Assembly: GCA_964447205.1 (NCBI GenBank)
Contig: CAYUSB010000042.1
Location: 1,503 to 65,502 of the forward strand
Source of the DNA: an uncultured Myxococcaceae bacterium
Lineage (GTDB): Bacteria > Myxococcota_A > Polyangia > Polyangiales > Ga0077539
Length of the DNA stretch: 64,000 nucleotides
Reading direction: 5' to 3'
Made by a program: the position numbers and the translations under genes. Shown in pieces: positions 10,001-17,708 of this stretch; the stretch's first letter is position 1, and each line of letters opens with the position of its first letter. The notes beneath the pieces were generated by a model that was not told the origin of the DNA, made no database searches, and was given only the letters and a program-made list of their open reading frames with translations.

Positions 10001-13000
10001 CGAGGAGAGCATCGAGGTCCTCTTCGGCGGAAACTCCTCCAAGCGTAATCAGGTGATGGCCGACCTCGGGGCGGAGTTCGCCGTGGCCGCCATCGACGGG
10101 GCCCACGAGATGGCCTTCCTCGCCCTCGTCGAGGCCGTCGAGCGAGCCACCGGGGGGCGCTACCAGGCCCAGGGCCCCTACCTCCGGGCCCAGATCACCG
10201 CGGCCCTCAAACCCTACGGCCTCAGCCTCCGCGAGGCCCTCGCCGCCTTCACCGCCCGAGGGTTGCCCGAGGGACGTTCGCTCGCCCTCCTCAACCGCGT
10301 GGCCCTGTGGCTCCGCCCGGGTGACTCCACCCGGGCCGGAACCCTCTCCCCCGTCCCTCCGCCCAAACCCGGGGATCGTGGAGCCGCGGCCCAGTGGCTC
10401 GACGCCGCCCTCGCCCGCTACGCCCAGGACGAGGGCCTCGCCCTCGGGGGCCCGGCCGAAAGCTCCGGCTCCAACGCCGTCGACGGCGCGGCCCTGGAGA
10501 AGCTCCTGGCCCGGTACTTCGGGGTCGGAGGGGCCTTCCTGGAGACCCTACGGTTCGCCGAGGCCGCCCTCGGCCGCGACGTGTGGGCCGAGCTCGCGGT
10601 GAAGGACACCCCCACGGCCGACGCCGAGCGCCTCCCCCTCTTCGAGGCCGAACACGGCGAGACCTACGAGGGCGCCATCCGCCCGGCCTTTTCGAGCGAC
10701 AAGGCCGTGGTCTTCGCCGGGGCCTGGGCCTGGTCTCGGCGCGAGGCCCTCGGGCTCTACCACCGCCTCCGGGCGGGAGACACGGCGGGCGTCACCGAGT
10801 CGGTGGGCCGCATCGCCCGCGGGGCCGACGAGGCCACGGCCCGCACGGTGGTGTGGCTACGCGACCGGGCCCAACGCGCGGGAGACGAGGCCACGGGAGC
10901 GGTGTTCGCCGGGCTGCTCGACCGCATCGACCCGCGGGCCCAGCCCCGGGCCGAGAGCGCGGCCGTGCCCCTCGAACCCGCGGTGGAGGTTCTGTCCGAC
11001 GGACGCCTCACCGACTACGAACGCCCCCGCGGAACCCCGTCCCCCCTGGGCCTCGCCGACGAGCTCCTCGCGGGCCACCACGCCCGCCTGCGGGCCCACG
11101 GCCACGAGCCCCGCCCCGAGGTAGAGGCCGTCTACGCCGAGGCCCTGCGCGCCCTTGCGGGGGGTTCGGTGAGCTTCGCCGGGCGTACGGCCCTGGTGAC
11201 CGGGGCCTCCGACCGCTCGATCGCCATCGAGCTGGTGAAGCTCCTCCTGACGGGCGGGGCCCGGGTGGTGGTGACCACCTCGCGGCTCAGTCCCGAGCGG
11301 GTGCGTTTCTACCGCAGGCTCTTTCAAGCCCACGGGGCTCGCGGGGCGGAGCTGGCGGTGGTGCCGTTCAACCAGGGGTCGCGGCAGGACATTCAGGCCC
11401 TCGTGCACTGGCTCGTCTCCACCGAGAAGACCGTCGTGGGCGGAACCCAACGAACCGTCAAAGAACCCTGGCTCATCGACCTCCTCGTTCCCTTCGGGGC
11501 CGTCGGGGAGGAGGCCACTCTCGCAGAGATCTCCGACCGCTCGATGGCCACGCTTCGGGTGCTCCTGTACGGGGTCGAGGCCCTGGTGAGCGAGTGCGCC
11601 CGGGCCTTCTCGCGGCTCCACGTCCGCGAGACCCGAACCCACGTGATCCTGCCCCTGTCGCCCAACCACGGGCAGTTTGGCAACGACGGGCTCTACGGCG
11701 AGGCCAAGGCCGCCCTGGAGACCATGCTCAACCGTTGGGGCTCCGAGCAGGCCGCCTGGGGGCGACACACCTCCGTGGTCGGGGCCCGCATCGGCTGGGT
11801 CCGCGGGACGGGCCTCATGAACGTCAACAACGCCATCGCCCCCGGCCTCGAAGCCCGGGCCGGAGTGCGTACCTTCTCCGCCGCGGAGATGGCCCTGGGG
11901 CTTGGGGCCTGCTGCGTCGACGCCGTCCGCGACCTCGCGGCCGAGGGTCCCCTCGTGGCCGACCTCACCGGCGGCATGGACCGCGTCCGCGACCTCGCCG
12001 GCATCGCCCGAACCCTGCGCGCTGAGCTCATGGCCCAGGTGTCCCGGGCCCGCCGTCTGCACGGCCTTCGTGCCGAGGAGGACCGCGCCCTCGGACGCCG
12101 TCCCCCCGCGGTCCGTCACGTCACTCCGTCGCCGCGGCTCGCGGGGTATTTCGCCTTCCCCGCGCTGCCCTCCCCCGCACGCCGGGCTTCCCTGGCTGCC
12201 CTTCGGGGCCTCGACCTGTCGCGGGTCGTGGTGATCGTAGGCCTCGGCGAGATCGGCCCCTGGGGCGGGTCGCGGCCCCGTTGGTCGATGGAGTCGACGG
12301 GCGAGCTGTCGGTCGAGGCCTGCGTGGAGCTGGCCTGGATGACCGGGCGCATTCGTTACGAGCGCAGCCGGCAGCACGTGGGCTGGATCGACGCGGCCAC
12401 GCGAGAGCCCATCGAGGGTCACACGGTGAAGGCCCGCTACGAGGAGGCCATCACCCGCGACGCGGGGATTCGTCTCGTCGAGCCGACCGACCCGGGGGCC
12501 CTCGACCCCCGCAAGCTCACGGTGTGGGCCGACGTGGCCCTGGAGCAGGACTTTGTGTTCCCGGTGCCGGGACGGGCGGACGGGGAGGCCTTTGTGGCCG
12601 CGGCCGGGGACGGGGCGCGGCTCATCTTCGACCCCGAGCGAGACGGCTGGTTCGTCGTGCGGCGCAAGGGAACGGTGGTGAAGGTGGCCCGGGCCGCCCG
12701 CCTCAACCGCTACGTGGCGGGGCAGATCCCGACGGCCTGGGACCCGGTGCGGTACGGGATCCCCAAGGACCTCGTCGAGCAGGTCGACCGCACGACCCTC
12801 TTCAACCTCATCGCCACGGTGGAGGCCTTCCTCTCGGCCGGCCTCGAACCCGAGGAGTTGTACGAGTACCTCCACCCCGCGGACGTGGGCTCCACGCAGG
12901 GAGCGGGCATCGGCGGGATGCAGAAGCTCCGTCGCCTGTACCTCGACCACACCCTGGACCGCCCCCGTCAGGGCGACGCCCTCCAGGAGACCCTCATCAA

Positions 13001-14378
13001 CGTCACGGCCGCGTGGATCGTGCAGAGCCTCGTCGGCAGCTACGGGCCGATGTCGCACCCGGTGGGGGCCTGCGCCACGGCGGCGGTGTCGATCGAAGAC
13101 GCCGCGGACAAGGTGTTGGGGGGCAAGGCGGCCTTCGTGGTGGCGGGGGGTTTCGACGACTACGGCGAGGAGGGAGCCCTGGGCTTCGCCGACATGGCCG
13201 CGACCTGTGACAGCGACGACATGTTGGCCCGGTCGATCCCCCCGCGGGAGATGTCGCGCCCCAACGACCGCCGCCGCCGCGGCTTCGTCGAGGCCCAGGG
13301 AGGCGGGACGGTGCTCGTCGCCCGGGCCGACCTCGCGGTTCGGATGGGGCTCCCGGTGTATGCGGTGGTGGCCCTGGCCCGGTCGTACGGCGACGGGATC
13401 CATCGCAGCATCCCGGCTCCAGGCCCTGGGGTCATGGCCGTGGCCGCCGAACGACGGGCCCGCCCGGGCGAAACCACCGGCGAGGCCTTGTGCGACCTCG
13501 GGGCAAGGGCTGCGTCGTGGGAGGCCTTCGCGGCCGAGCTCCCGGCCCTCGCGGCGACGCTCGGAGAGGAGCGGGCCGAGGCCCTCGCCCGGAGCGAACG
13601 CCGACGTCTCTTCCACGACTTCGCCGACGGCGACCCGCGGGTGTCCCCGCTGCGACGGGCTCTGGCGACCTATGGGCTCGGCCCCGACGACGTGGCCGCG
13701 GCGTGGAAACACGACACCTCCACCGACGCCAACGACCCCAACGAGAACCGCGTCTACGACCGCATCTTCCGCTGGCTCGGCCGCTCCCCGGGGAACCCCC
13801 TCGTAGCCGTCTCGCAGAAGGCCCTGACGGGTCACTCCAAGGGCGGGGCTGCGGCGTGGCAGGTGGCGGGTCTGTGCCAGGCCTTGTCCGCGGGCATCCT
13901 GCCGGGCAACCCCAACCTCGACGACCCCGACCCCACGATGCGGGCGTTTGAGACGATGTGTTTCACCGACGCCCCGCTGGCCCTTGGGCCGGATGGATTC
14001 GAGGCGGGCATGGTGACCTCCCTGGGGTTTGGCCACGTGGGCGGGGTCGTGTGCCTCGTGCATCCGGACCGGGTTCTCGGGGCCCTCGACGACGGGGCCT
14101 TTGCCCGCTACGGGGAGGCCCGGGCGGCCCGGGAGCGTCAGCGCCTGCGCGACGAGCTGGCGGTGTACGAGGGGACGCGGCCTGCGGTTCGGATTCGGAC
14201 GGAGAAGGCGTTTGTGGTTCCGGCCGACCCGCAGTATGCGGGGCTCGATGCGGAGCAGGCGGTGCTGCTCGACGCGGCCTCGCGGCGCCTGACCCCGGGC
14301 GGACCCATCGTCGCGGGCGGGGTAGCCGCGGCCTTCCTTCCTCCTGAGGCCCCTGTGGCTTCACCGCCGGATTTCTGA
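4035..14378 (+). CDS. fas: Type I fatty acid synthase, single 3447-aa chain with fungal/CMN-bacterial domain order AT - ER (FMN TIM-barrel) - DH - MPT - ACP - KR - KS
   Basis: The order is read directly from the motifs. There is an N-terminal acyltransferase GHSQG, then an enoyl reductase block (FLPGMTPTT...GGGQVTE...GGKAGGHHSWEDL), a hot-dog dehydratase (PLHRDAHVAALAGFDRPIVHGQW), a second transferase GHSVGEYSA, an ACP (FGGNSSKRNQVMADLGAEF), a KR Rossmann segment (VTGASDRSIAIELVKLLLTGGARVVVTTS), and a KS with active-site Cys (HPVGACATAAVSIEDA). From memory it is collinear with M. tuberculosis/Corynebacterium FAS-I. A GGAG lies 7 nt upstream of the ATG. Confidence 0.9.
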   Translation: MRSSEVSPPLADRPHGPRDPAESRHYTARAAAPPLFAALRTHEARVAIVFGGQGAPWLPALRELHGAHLSVRALVRGATERLRASASDPRLGALATPARGFDLARWIDDPAAAPPDDVLSSSLVSQAGIFLTSVARSLAMAERGFDLDTLAARATAATGHSQGIMAALLFAEGHGPEALVRRAGEFASYFFWQGYRMQESFVRAAVAPAVRAAAEQAGIGDPTPMAAVAGMNHALLTEALGRFHAANPQLPPLDVSLDNGYARKVLSGPPPSLVAFARSLAAARTAEIADFARGRLGRRPIEFVWEFVAASAPFHSRYMDYGRRALPDDLAREGIRFDPGALGLPVLGNDGGDLRSFADGPSLLDALLRMQFVEPMRWPAVCAALRESHPAGITHVLDYGPGDAVARLTALNCRGFGVHVFPLATEAGRREVSLPVPELPRGVDYRRFAPTLRRTAAGEVVLDNAFRRFTGRAPIFLPGMTPTTTEAPLVAAAANAGFVSELAGGGQVTERHLRLRAKELSESLAPGAAYVVNLLYLDPYLWNLHWKGEGLVRRLRAEGHPIEGITVSAGVPDLAEAREIVEACRAAGIGLVSFKPGTTKQIQAVLEIARACPELTLGVQVEGGKAGGHHSWEDLRDLVRTSYHQVRALPNVVLSVGGGIRTEADAWEWLSGRWSERLGLAPMPVDAVFVGTLAMVAREACTSPSVKALLARTEGTEAWVAHGATRGGMTSGKSQLDADIHYVDNTAARVGKMLDEVAGDPAAVVARKDEIVAALARTAKPYFGALTEMTHAAVLRRAVDLMAIGRGTDYDDGPWPDPSYRQRVFDLAARFEETLCPAPGPSLLGGLDDLDDPGAFVARFVARYPEAERVTLSQSDADFFVHRVCARPGKPVNFVPALDGDVRRWYKSDALWQSHDDRYDADQVLVIPGPEAVQGITAVDEPIGAMLGRFVAYGVDQLLAAGHTPADPVDRTADAELDRAAAALGLSLGRDPDGITAEAPAGPAFQTPSEAAVGAWLDALDPVVLGPLARARGLLRGRSLGPNPLARMLRVEPGDRWTLLRDDTRGVTAVKVRRASGHAVECTLGRADNIGRCDVTLVHALPADRHGMAPVVRVSLAYERDLGHEARFPRDVTPAREAALGDFYRAAMVGEADRVPAGHAVRSRFTLDADFVREYALASGDASTAHLGGRGHAHCMPLNAAFSAAFAAIFRATFVPDVDWDPARLVHLTNEVRAVGRALHEGETVEVEARLTAWEPVKGGVRARVAATLRCDEAVRATVVSTFFVQEARGTYRFRDEDLTFALPPGDPARFDLLAEKPWLRVSEGAAIDPDLAHTVALHLETRTEGPRSVSTVTGTLRDPARRIVATIDHTEDQRDAAETEPARWFAHFAPISDPAVPLPQPSIPHVERAFAPWNLLEFARASRDANPLHRDAHVAALAGFDRPIVHGQWTAARAVAAAVTGFAATDGERVRAITVNFTDTVFPGDEVEFRARHTAMHDGDLVVEIEARALDGGDGRLALRGTVRIAAPRTAYVFPGQGVQATGMGMEGYARSPAARRVWDEADALCRDTLGFSLLTVVRDNPVEMRVGPEILRHDQGVLFLTQFTQVAMAVLAIAQVAELREAGCFQAEAMFCGHSVGEYSAIGAVTDALSLAAVVECVYQRGLTMQTFVPRDAQGRSPYRMAVVRPNLVGLTESALSALVAQIALDTGMLCEVVNLNIRGRQYSVVGHIPALDLLRARLAERASPGAKPAYLEVPGIDVPFHSAALRSGVAAFRTKLDAYMPPDLDLRALVGRYIPNLVARPFALTRDYLDAVAECTGSPVLADLQTRWNSAGYAPDDLGRTVFIEGLAYQFASPVRWIETQDIVLARDRSGVSRVIEIGLGAAPTQANMFRATLAADPSRLDPPAVYNLEADRKAVLSLHDPDAQEAPSAPRDAAPEAETPKSPAAAPVAPAAARGPISDAPLSVRDALATLLALKARIRVDEVRPEESIEVLFGGNSSKRNQVMADLGAEFAVAAIDGAHEMAFLALVEAVERATGGRYQAQGPYLRAQITAALKPYGLSLREALAAFTARGLPEGRSLALLNRVALWLRPGDSTRAGTLSPVPPPKPGDRGAAAQWLDAALARYAQDEGLALGGPAESSGSNAVDGAALEKLLARYFGVGGAFLETLRFAEAALGRDVWAELAVKDTPTADAERLPLFEAEHGETYEGAIRPAFSSDKAVVFAGAWAWSRREALGLYHRLRAGDTAGVTESVGRIARGADEATARTVVWLRDRAQRAGDEATGAVFAGLLDRIDPRAQPRAESAAVPLEPAVEVLSDGRLTDYERPRGTPSPLGLADELLAGHHARLRAHGHEPRPEVEAVYAEALRALAGGSVSFAGRTALVTGASDRSIAIELVKLLLTGGARVVVTTSRLSPERVRFYRRLFQAHGARGAELAVVPFNQGSRQDIQALVHWLVSTEKTVVGGTQRTVKEPWLIDLLVPFGAVGEEATLAEISDRSMATLRVLLYGVEALVSECARAFSRLHVRETRTHVILPLSPNHGQFGNDGLYGEAKAALETMLNRWGSEQAAWGRHTSVVGARIGWVRGTGLMNVNNAIAPGLEARAGVRTFSAAEMALGLGACCVDAVRDLAAEGPLVADLTGGMDRVRDLAGIARTLRAELMAQVSRARRLHGLRAEEDRALGRRPPAVRHVTPSPRLAGYFAFPALPSPARRASLAALRGLDLSRVVVIVGLGEIGPWGGSRPRWSMESTGELSVEACVELAWMTGRIRYERSRQHVGWIDAATREPIEGHTVKARYEEAITRDAGIRLVEPTDPGALDPRKLTVWADVALEQDFVFPVPGRADGEAFVAAAGDGARLIFDPERDGWFVVRRKGTVVKVARAARLNRYVAGQIPTAWDPVRYGIPKDLVEQVDRTTLFNLIATVEAFLSAGLEPEELYEYLHPADVGSTQGAGIGGMQKLRRLYLDHTLDRPRQGDALQETLINVTAAWIVQSLVGSYGPMSHPVGACATAAVSIEDAADKVLGGKAAFVVAGGFDDYGEEGALGFADMAATCDSDDMLARSIPPREMSRPNDRRRRGFVEAQGGGTVLVARADLAVRMGLPVYAVVALARSYGDGIHRSIPAPGPGVMAVAAERRARPGETTGEALCDLGARAASWEAFAAELPALAATLGEERAEALARSERRRLFHDFADGDPRVSPLRRALATYGLGPDDVAAAWKHDTSTDANDPNENRVYDRIFRWLGRSPGNPLVAVSQKALTGHSKGGAAAWQVAGLCQALSAGILPGNPNLDDPDPTMRAFETMCFTDAPLALGPDGFEAGMVTSLGFGHVGGVVCLVHPDRVLGALDDGAFARYGEARAARERQRLRDELAVYEGTRPAVRIRTEKAFVVPADPQYAGLDAEQAVLLDAASRRLTPGGPIVAGGVAAAFLPPEAPVASPPDF

Positions 14379-14384
14379 GCTGCC

Positions 14385-14786
14385 ATGATCGTTGGCATCG
14401 GCCTCGACACCGTCGACCGCGGGCGCTTCGAGCTCCTCCTGCACGAGCCTGGGAGCGCCTTCGCGGCCCGCACCTTCACCCCGGGCGAGCGCCACGCTGC
14501 CGCGGGGCGTCCGTCGGGCGATCCCGTGCGTCACCTCGCGGCCCGTTATGCTGCGAAGGAGGCGTGCGTGAAGGCCCTGTCGCAGTCGCTGGCTCCGGGG
14601 CCGCTGCCGGTGGCCCTGGCCGACCTCGCCGAGATCGAGGTGGTGTGCGACGACGACCACCGCCCGTCGCTGGCCCTGCACGGCCGGATGCGGGCCCTCG
14701 CGGAGCAGGCCGGGATCACGGCCCTGCACGTCTCGCTCAGCCACGACGGGCCCGTGGCCACGGCGATGGTCGTCGCGGAGCGCTGA
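14385..14786 (+). CDS. acpS: Holo-[acyl-carrier-protein] synthase (4'-phosphopantetheinyl transferase, AcpS type)
   Basis: 133 aa beginning MIVGIGLDTVDRGRFELLL and continuing ...YAAKEACVKAL, the AcpS family signature. It starts 7 bp after the fas stop, the same fas-acpS arrangement found in Corynebacteriales. Confidence 0.85.
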   Translation: MIVGIGLDTVDRGRFELLLHEPGSAFAARTFTPGERHAAAGRPSGDPVRHLAARYAAKEACVKALSQSLAPGPLPVALADLAEIEVVCDDDHRPSLALHGRMRALAEQAGITALHVSLSHDGPVATAMVVAER

Positions 14787-14789
14787 GGT

Positions 14790-14891
14790 TCGGCGCTGCA
14801 ACAGGCTGCGGGCGACGGGCTGCGGGCGACGGGCTGCGGGCAGCGGGCTGGGGGCGACAGGCTGCGGGCTGGGGGCGACAGGCTGCGGGCT
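14790..14891. repeat. G-rich tandem repeats (about seven copies of GGGCGACGGGCTGC-like 14-mers) immediately 5' of MITE copy 1
   Basis: Read directly from the sequence. Similar G-rich short tandem repeats (GGGCGAC/GAGGGCG units) precede the other three MITE copies at about 19570-19623, 30030-30057 and 39343-39389. Confidence 0.5.
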
Positions 14892-15055
14892 GCGAAACCG
14901 CAAGGGCGCAAGGGTCGCAAGGGCCAGAAGGGTTTGTGGGTCGGAGGGCGGCGTGCCCCCCCTCGTTGGCGGCGCACCGCACACGCGCCGCGCTGCACCT
15001 GCTCGATACCACCCCGCAGGTTCGGCCCTTGCGACCCTCGCGCCCTTGCGGTTTC
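14892..15055. repeat. Miniature inverted-repeat element, copy 1 (164 bp): 35-bp terminal inverted repeats GCGAAACCGCAAGGGCGCAAGGGTCGCAAGGGCCAG ... CTGGCCCTTGCGACCCTCGCGCCCTTGCGGTTTC
   Basis: The two arms are exact or near-exact reverse complements of each other. The element lies in the intergenic region after acpS. Further copies are at 19624-19837, 30058-30242 and 39390-39562. Confidence 0.6.
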
Positions 15056-15169
15056 TTTCTCTCCAGCCTCCCGCGCGCGTCCTGTCCTGCAATGAGGGAG
15101 AAACCTCGGTGCGGATGCATCCCGCGCAGACAGCGTTACATTCCAACGCGTCGCACGGGAGGATCGCCC

Positions 15170-15949
15170 ATGACCTGGAACCTTGACTACGACGCTCCCC
15201 CTGGGTGGAGCACCCAGGCGTTGGGGCCGCTCACGCTCCACGGCTCGCCCGACACGTCGCGGGCTGTGTTCGTGGGGCGGGCGATGTACCAGCGCTTCGA
15301 CGAGGCCCTGGCCGCGGCGGCGGCCCTCTCTCACTCCCTGGGGCTCCAGACCACGGGCGTGATCGCGCCGCCGACCGACACCGTGATCGCAGGGATGCGC
15401 GCGACGTCGGCCTCGTACGCGGGCCTCAACGCCGCGGGCTTCCCCGCCCAGGGGCGCCTCGTCGTGCTCTTTACGCCCTACGGAACGAGCCTCGTGTTCT
15501 TCGGGGTGAGTGACCCCTACGCGGCGGCGGAGGTCGCCGACGTGATCGCCCGCATGGCCGCGTCCACCCGCGCGGGCCCGCCCACCCCTGACCCGACCGC
15601 GGTGCGGGGCCTCGCCGGGCGCTGGGTCTACCACGACGGGAACTTCAACCGCTCGGCCACGGCCACCTCAAACCGCGGGGTCGAGGCGACCCTCCTGCTC
15701 GACGGGAGCGGGGGGTTCCAGTTCGTGTCGAACAGTTGGATGAGCATCGACGTACGCCGCGTGCCCGCGGGCGAGGCCCCCATCGACCTCGGCGGGGCCG
15801 ACTCCTCGCGCAGCGTAAACGACGCCGGGCAGTACACCGTGATCGGCCGCGAGGTGGTGTTCCGCGGCGCCCAGGGGCAGCTCGTGTTGCCCTACTCCCT
15901 CCAGGGCGCGGCCCTCACCCTGGGGACGACCACGTACCTGCGGCAGTAG
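15170..15949 (+). CDS. Hypothetical protein, 259 aa, no signal peptide
   Basis: ATG at 15170 with a GGGAGG Shine-Dalgarno 8 nt upstream, and natural amino-acid composition (MTWNLDYDAPPGWSTQALGP...). I recognised no family. Confidence 0.45.
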   Translation: MTWNLDYDAPPGWSTQALGPLTLHGSPDTSRAVFVGRAMYQRFDEALAAAAALSHSLGLQTTGVIAPPTDTVIAGMRATSASYAGLNAAGFPAQGRLVVLFTPYGTSLVFFGVSDPYAAAEVADVIARMAASTRAGPPTPDPTAVRGLAGRWVYHDGNFNRSATATSNRGVEATLLLDGSGGFQFVSNSWMSIDVRRVPAGEAPIDLGGADSSRSVNDAGQYTVIGREVVFRGAQGQLVLPYSLQGAALTLGTTTYLRQ

Positions 15950-16124
15950 TCGATGGGACCGCGTGGACAGGCGCGGCCGGTCACCACGCCAGGGCCCCCG
16001 TCGGATGCCCTTCGCCCACGGAGCCGGGTCCGCATCCGCGCGGTGGAGAGGCACCGCCCGCGGCCTCCGTCCGGGGACGTGTTGGACAACCGGAGACCAC
16101 AGGGGTACTGCTCCTCCCACTGCC

Positions 16125-17126
16125 ATGCACGCTGCGGTTCGGTCCGGTGCGCTCGTCGGGGGGGCCGTCGGGGTCGCGTTGATCGCCCTGGTCGGGACGC
16201 TGCGCTTCGAGGCCAGCGCGGAGGGGGCAAACTCTCCAGCACCCATGAATCAGCCATGGATCGTCCAGATCCCCACCGAACCGCACGTCAGCTTCCGCCC
16301 GTGGCGCGAGGTGATCGGGGAGCCGTCCCTGTCGTCGTGCGAGCGGTCGGACGTCCCCGATCGGAGCAGCTCCACCACCTGCTCGCGAATGCTCGGCGCT
16401 CTCTCTCTCATCGACCACAGCCACGGCTCTAGCGGCGGAACATTTCGCTGGCTCATGCTGGGGCATCCGACGCGGTCCGTTGGGCAGTGCGAGCTCTCTT
16501 CGATCGGCCATCAGCGGCTCGGCTCACACTCCCCCCCGTTCTCGTGGAGCCGCAGCGGAGACCTGCTCTACGCGCACGACCCGCGCCGCGACCTGCACGG
16601 CTACCGCTGCGTGGCATCGACCGAGCGGGGGCCGGTCACGGAGTGGACGCTGTGGATCTACGCGCCCGACGCCGAGAGGCTGCGCGGGTTGAGCGACGTG
16701 TGGAGCGCGTCGCGACCGCTGGTCCCGTACGCACGCCTCGCGGCCGCGCTCCTGCTCGTCTGCGCGACGATCATCATGGCCCGCCAGGTGCGGCGCGACC
16801 GTCTCGACGCGCTCCCCTGGCGGGAGGCAAAACGCGGCGCAGATGGTGTGTTGCGGCTCGGGGAGGACGTCGTGCAGACCCCTACCGCGGACGCCGCCGT
16901 GACAAAGGCCGACGCGGTGTGCGTGGTGGTCGCCGACGAGCAGGACAGCGGGATCTATCGGACCGCGGCGACCGTCACGGCCGTCCGGGTTCGGGTCGGA
17001 TCACACGACGTGCACCAACGGGCAGGTCGGTGGGCGCGTCGCAGGAGCGCGGTCGTCGCAGTGGCGCTCGCTGCGGCGTCGGTCGCGGCGTCGGCGTGGC
17101 TGATCGTGCTGTCGCTGCGCCGGTAG
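16125..17126 (+). CDS. Secreted/membrane-anchored protein, paralogue A: N-terminal signal/TM, variable Cys-containing ectodomain, near-identical C-terminal half with a C-terminal TM
   Basis: MHAAVRSGALVGGAVGVALIALVGTL... is a paralogue of 18298..19323. The two are about 95% or more identical from SWSRSGDLLYAHDP to the end and divergent between residues ~30-150, with four conserved Cys. Confidence 0.5.
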   Translation: MHAAVRSGALVGGAVGVALIALVGTLRFEASAEGANSPAPMNQPWIVQIPTEPHVSFRPWREVIGEPSLSSCERSDVPDRSSSTTCSRMLGALSLIDHSHGSSGGTFRWLMLGHPTRSVGQCELSSIGHQRLGSHSPPFSWSRSGDLLYAHDPRRDLHGYRCVASTERGPVTEWTLWIYAPDAERLRGLSDVWSASRPLVPYARLAAALLLVCATIIMARQVRRDRLDALPWREAKRGADGVLRLGEDVVQTPTADAAVTKADAVCVVVADEQDSGIYRTAATVTAVRVRVGSHDVHQRAGRWARRRSAVVAVALAAASVAASAWLIVLSLRR

Positions 17127-17465
17127 GCTGCGCCCCCCGGGGGCCGTCTTGGCGCATCGTCGCGGGGGTCAGCGTTGACATCGAGCGCGCAGACAACGGC
17201 AACGGGCGCGCAGCGAGGGGAGTGGTCAACCGTGCCCACCGCCGGCTTCGCCTCGCGGTACGGACGGAGGCGTGCACCGACGGAGAGCTGCACGGACCGC
17301 GGCGGGACCACGACGCTGGGGACGGCATCGGCCCGCCCCCGTCCCCCGTCGCGGGCCTCCCGCAGCCGGGCGGCTGCTCGACGCTGGGGCAAGCGCGTGC
17401 TGGCTCGGCGGTCTGCGTGTGAGCCGAGTGGCCTCCGCGCCGACTGGGATGGTAGCCTTTGTGGC

Positions 17466-17708
17466 ATGAGCTCCGCCGCTCCTGTCCTCCCCTCCATTGA
17501 CCTCGAGGCCGTGCGCGACGCCCTCCGCCCGATCCCCGGCATCACCGAGGTGCGCCTCGTCGGCGCCGACCTCTGGATCATTCGGGACGAGGTCGACGTG
17601 GCGCGCGACTACCAGATCAGCCACGCGCTCGGCGACCTCGTCGAGGACTACCAGACCGTGACCGCCGCGCGCCGCAGGATGGTGCCAGAGGGGCTCCGTG
17701 TCCTCTGA
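17466..17708 (+). CDS. Small hypothetical protein (~80 aa); its stop overlaps the start of the next gene by 11 bp
   Basis: MSSAAPVLPSIDLEAVRDALRPIPGITEVRLVGADLWIIRDEVDVARDYQISHALGDLVEDYQTV... has natural composition. It lies between the two paralogue copies. Confidence 0.35.
   Translation: MSSAAPVLPSIDLEAVRDALRPIPGITEVRLVGADLWIIRDEVDVARDYQISHALGDLVEDYQTVTAARRRMVPEGLRVL

Noticed and set aside
3954-14063. Two very long minus-strand ORFs (2050 aa at 3954..10106 and 1068 aa at 10857..14063) antisense to the FAS-I gene
   Set aside because: The plus frame has unambiguous FAS-I domain motifs over its full length. The antisense translations are Gly/Arg/Pro/Asp-rich with no motifs. This is the expected artefact of about 72% GC with G/C at third positions.
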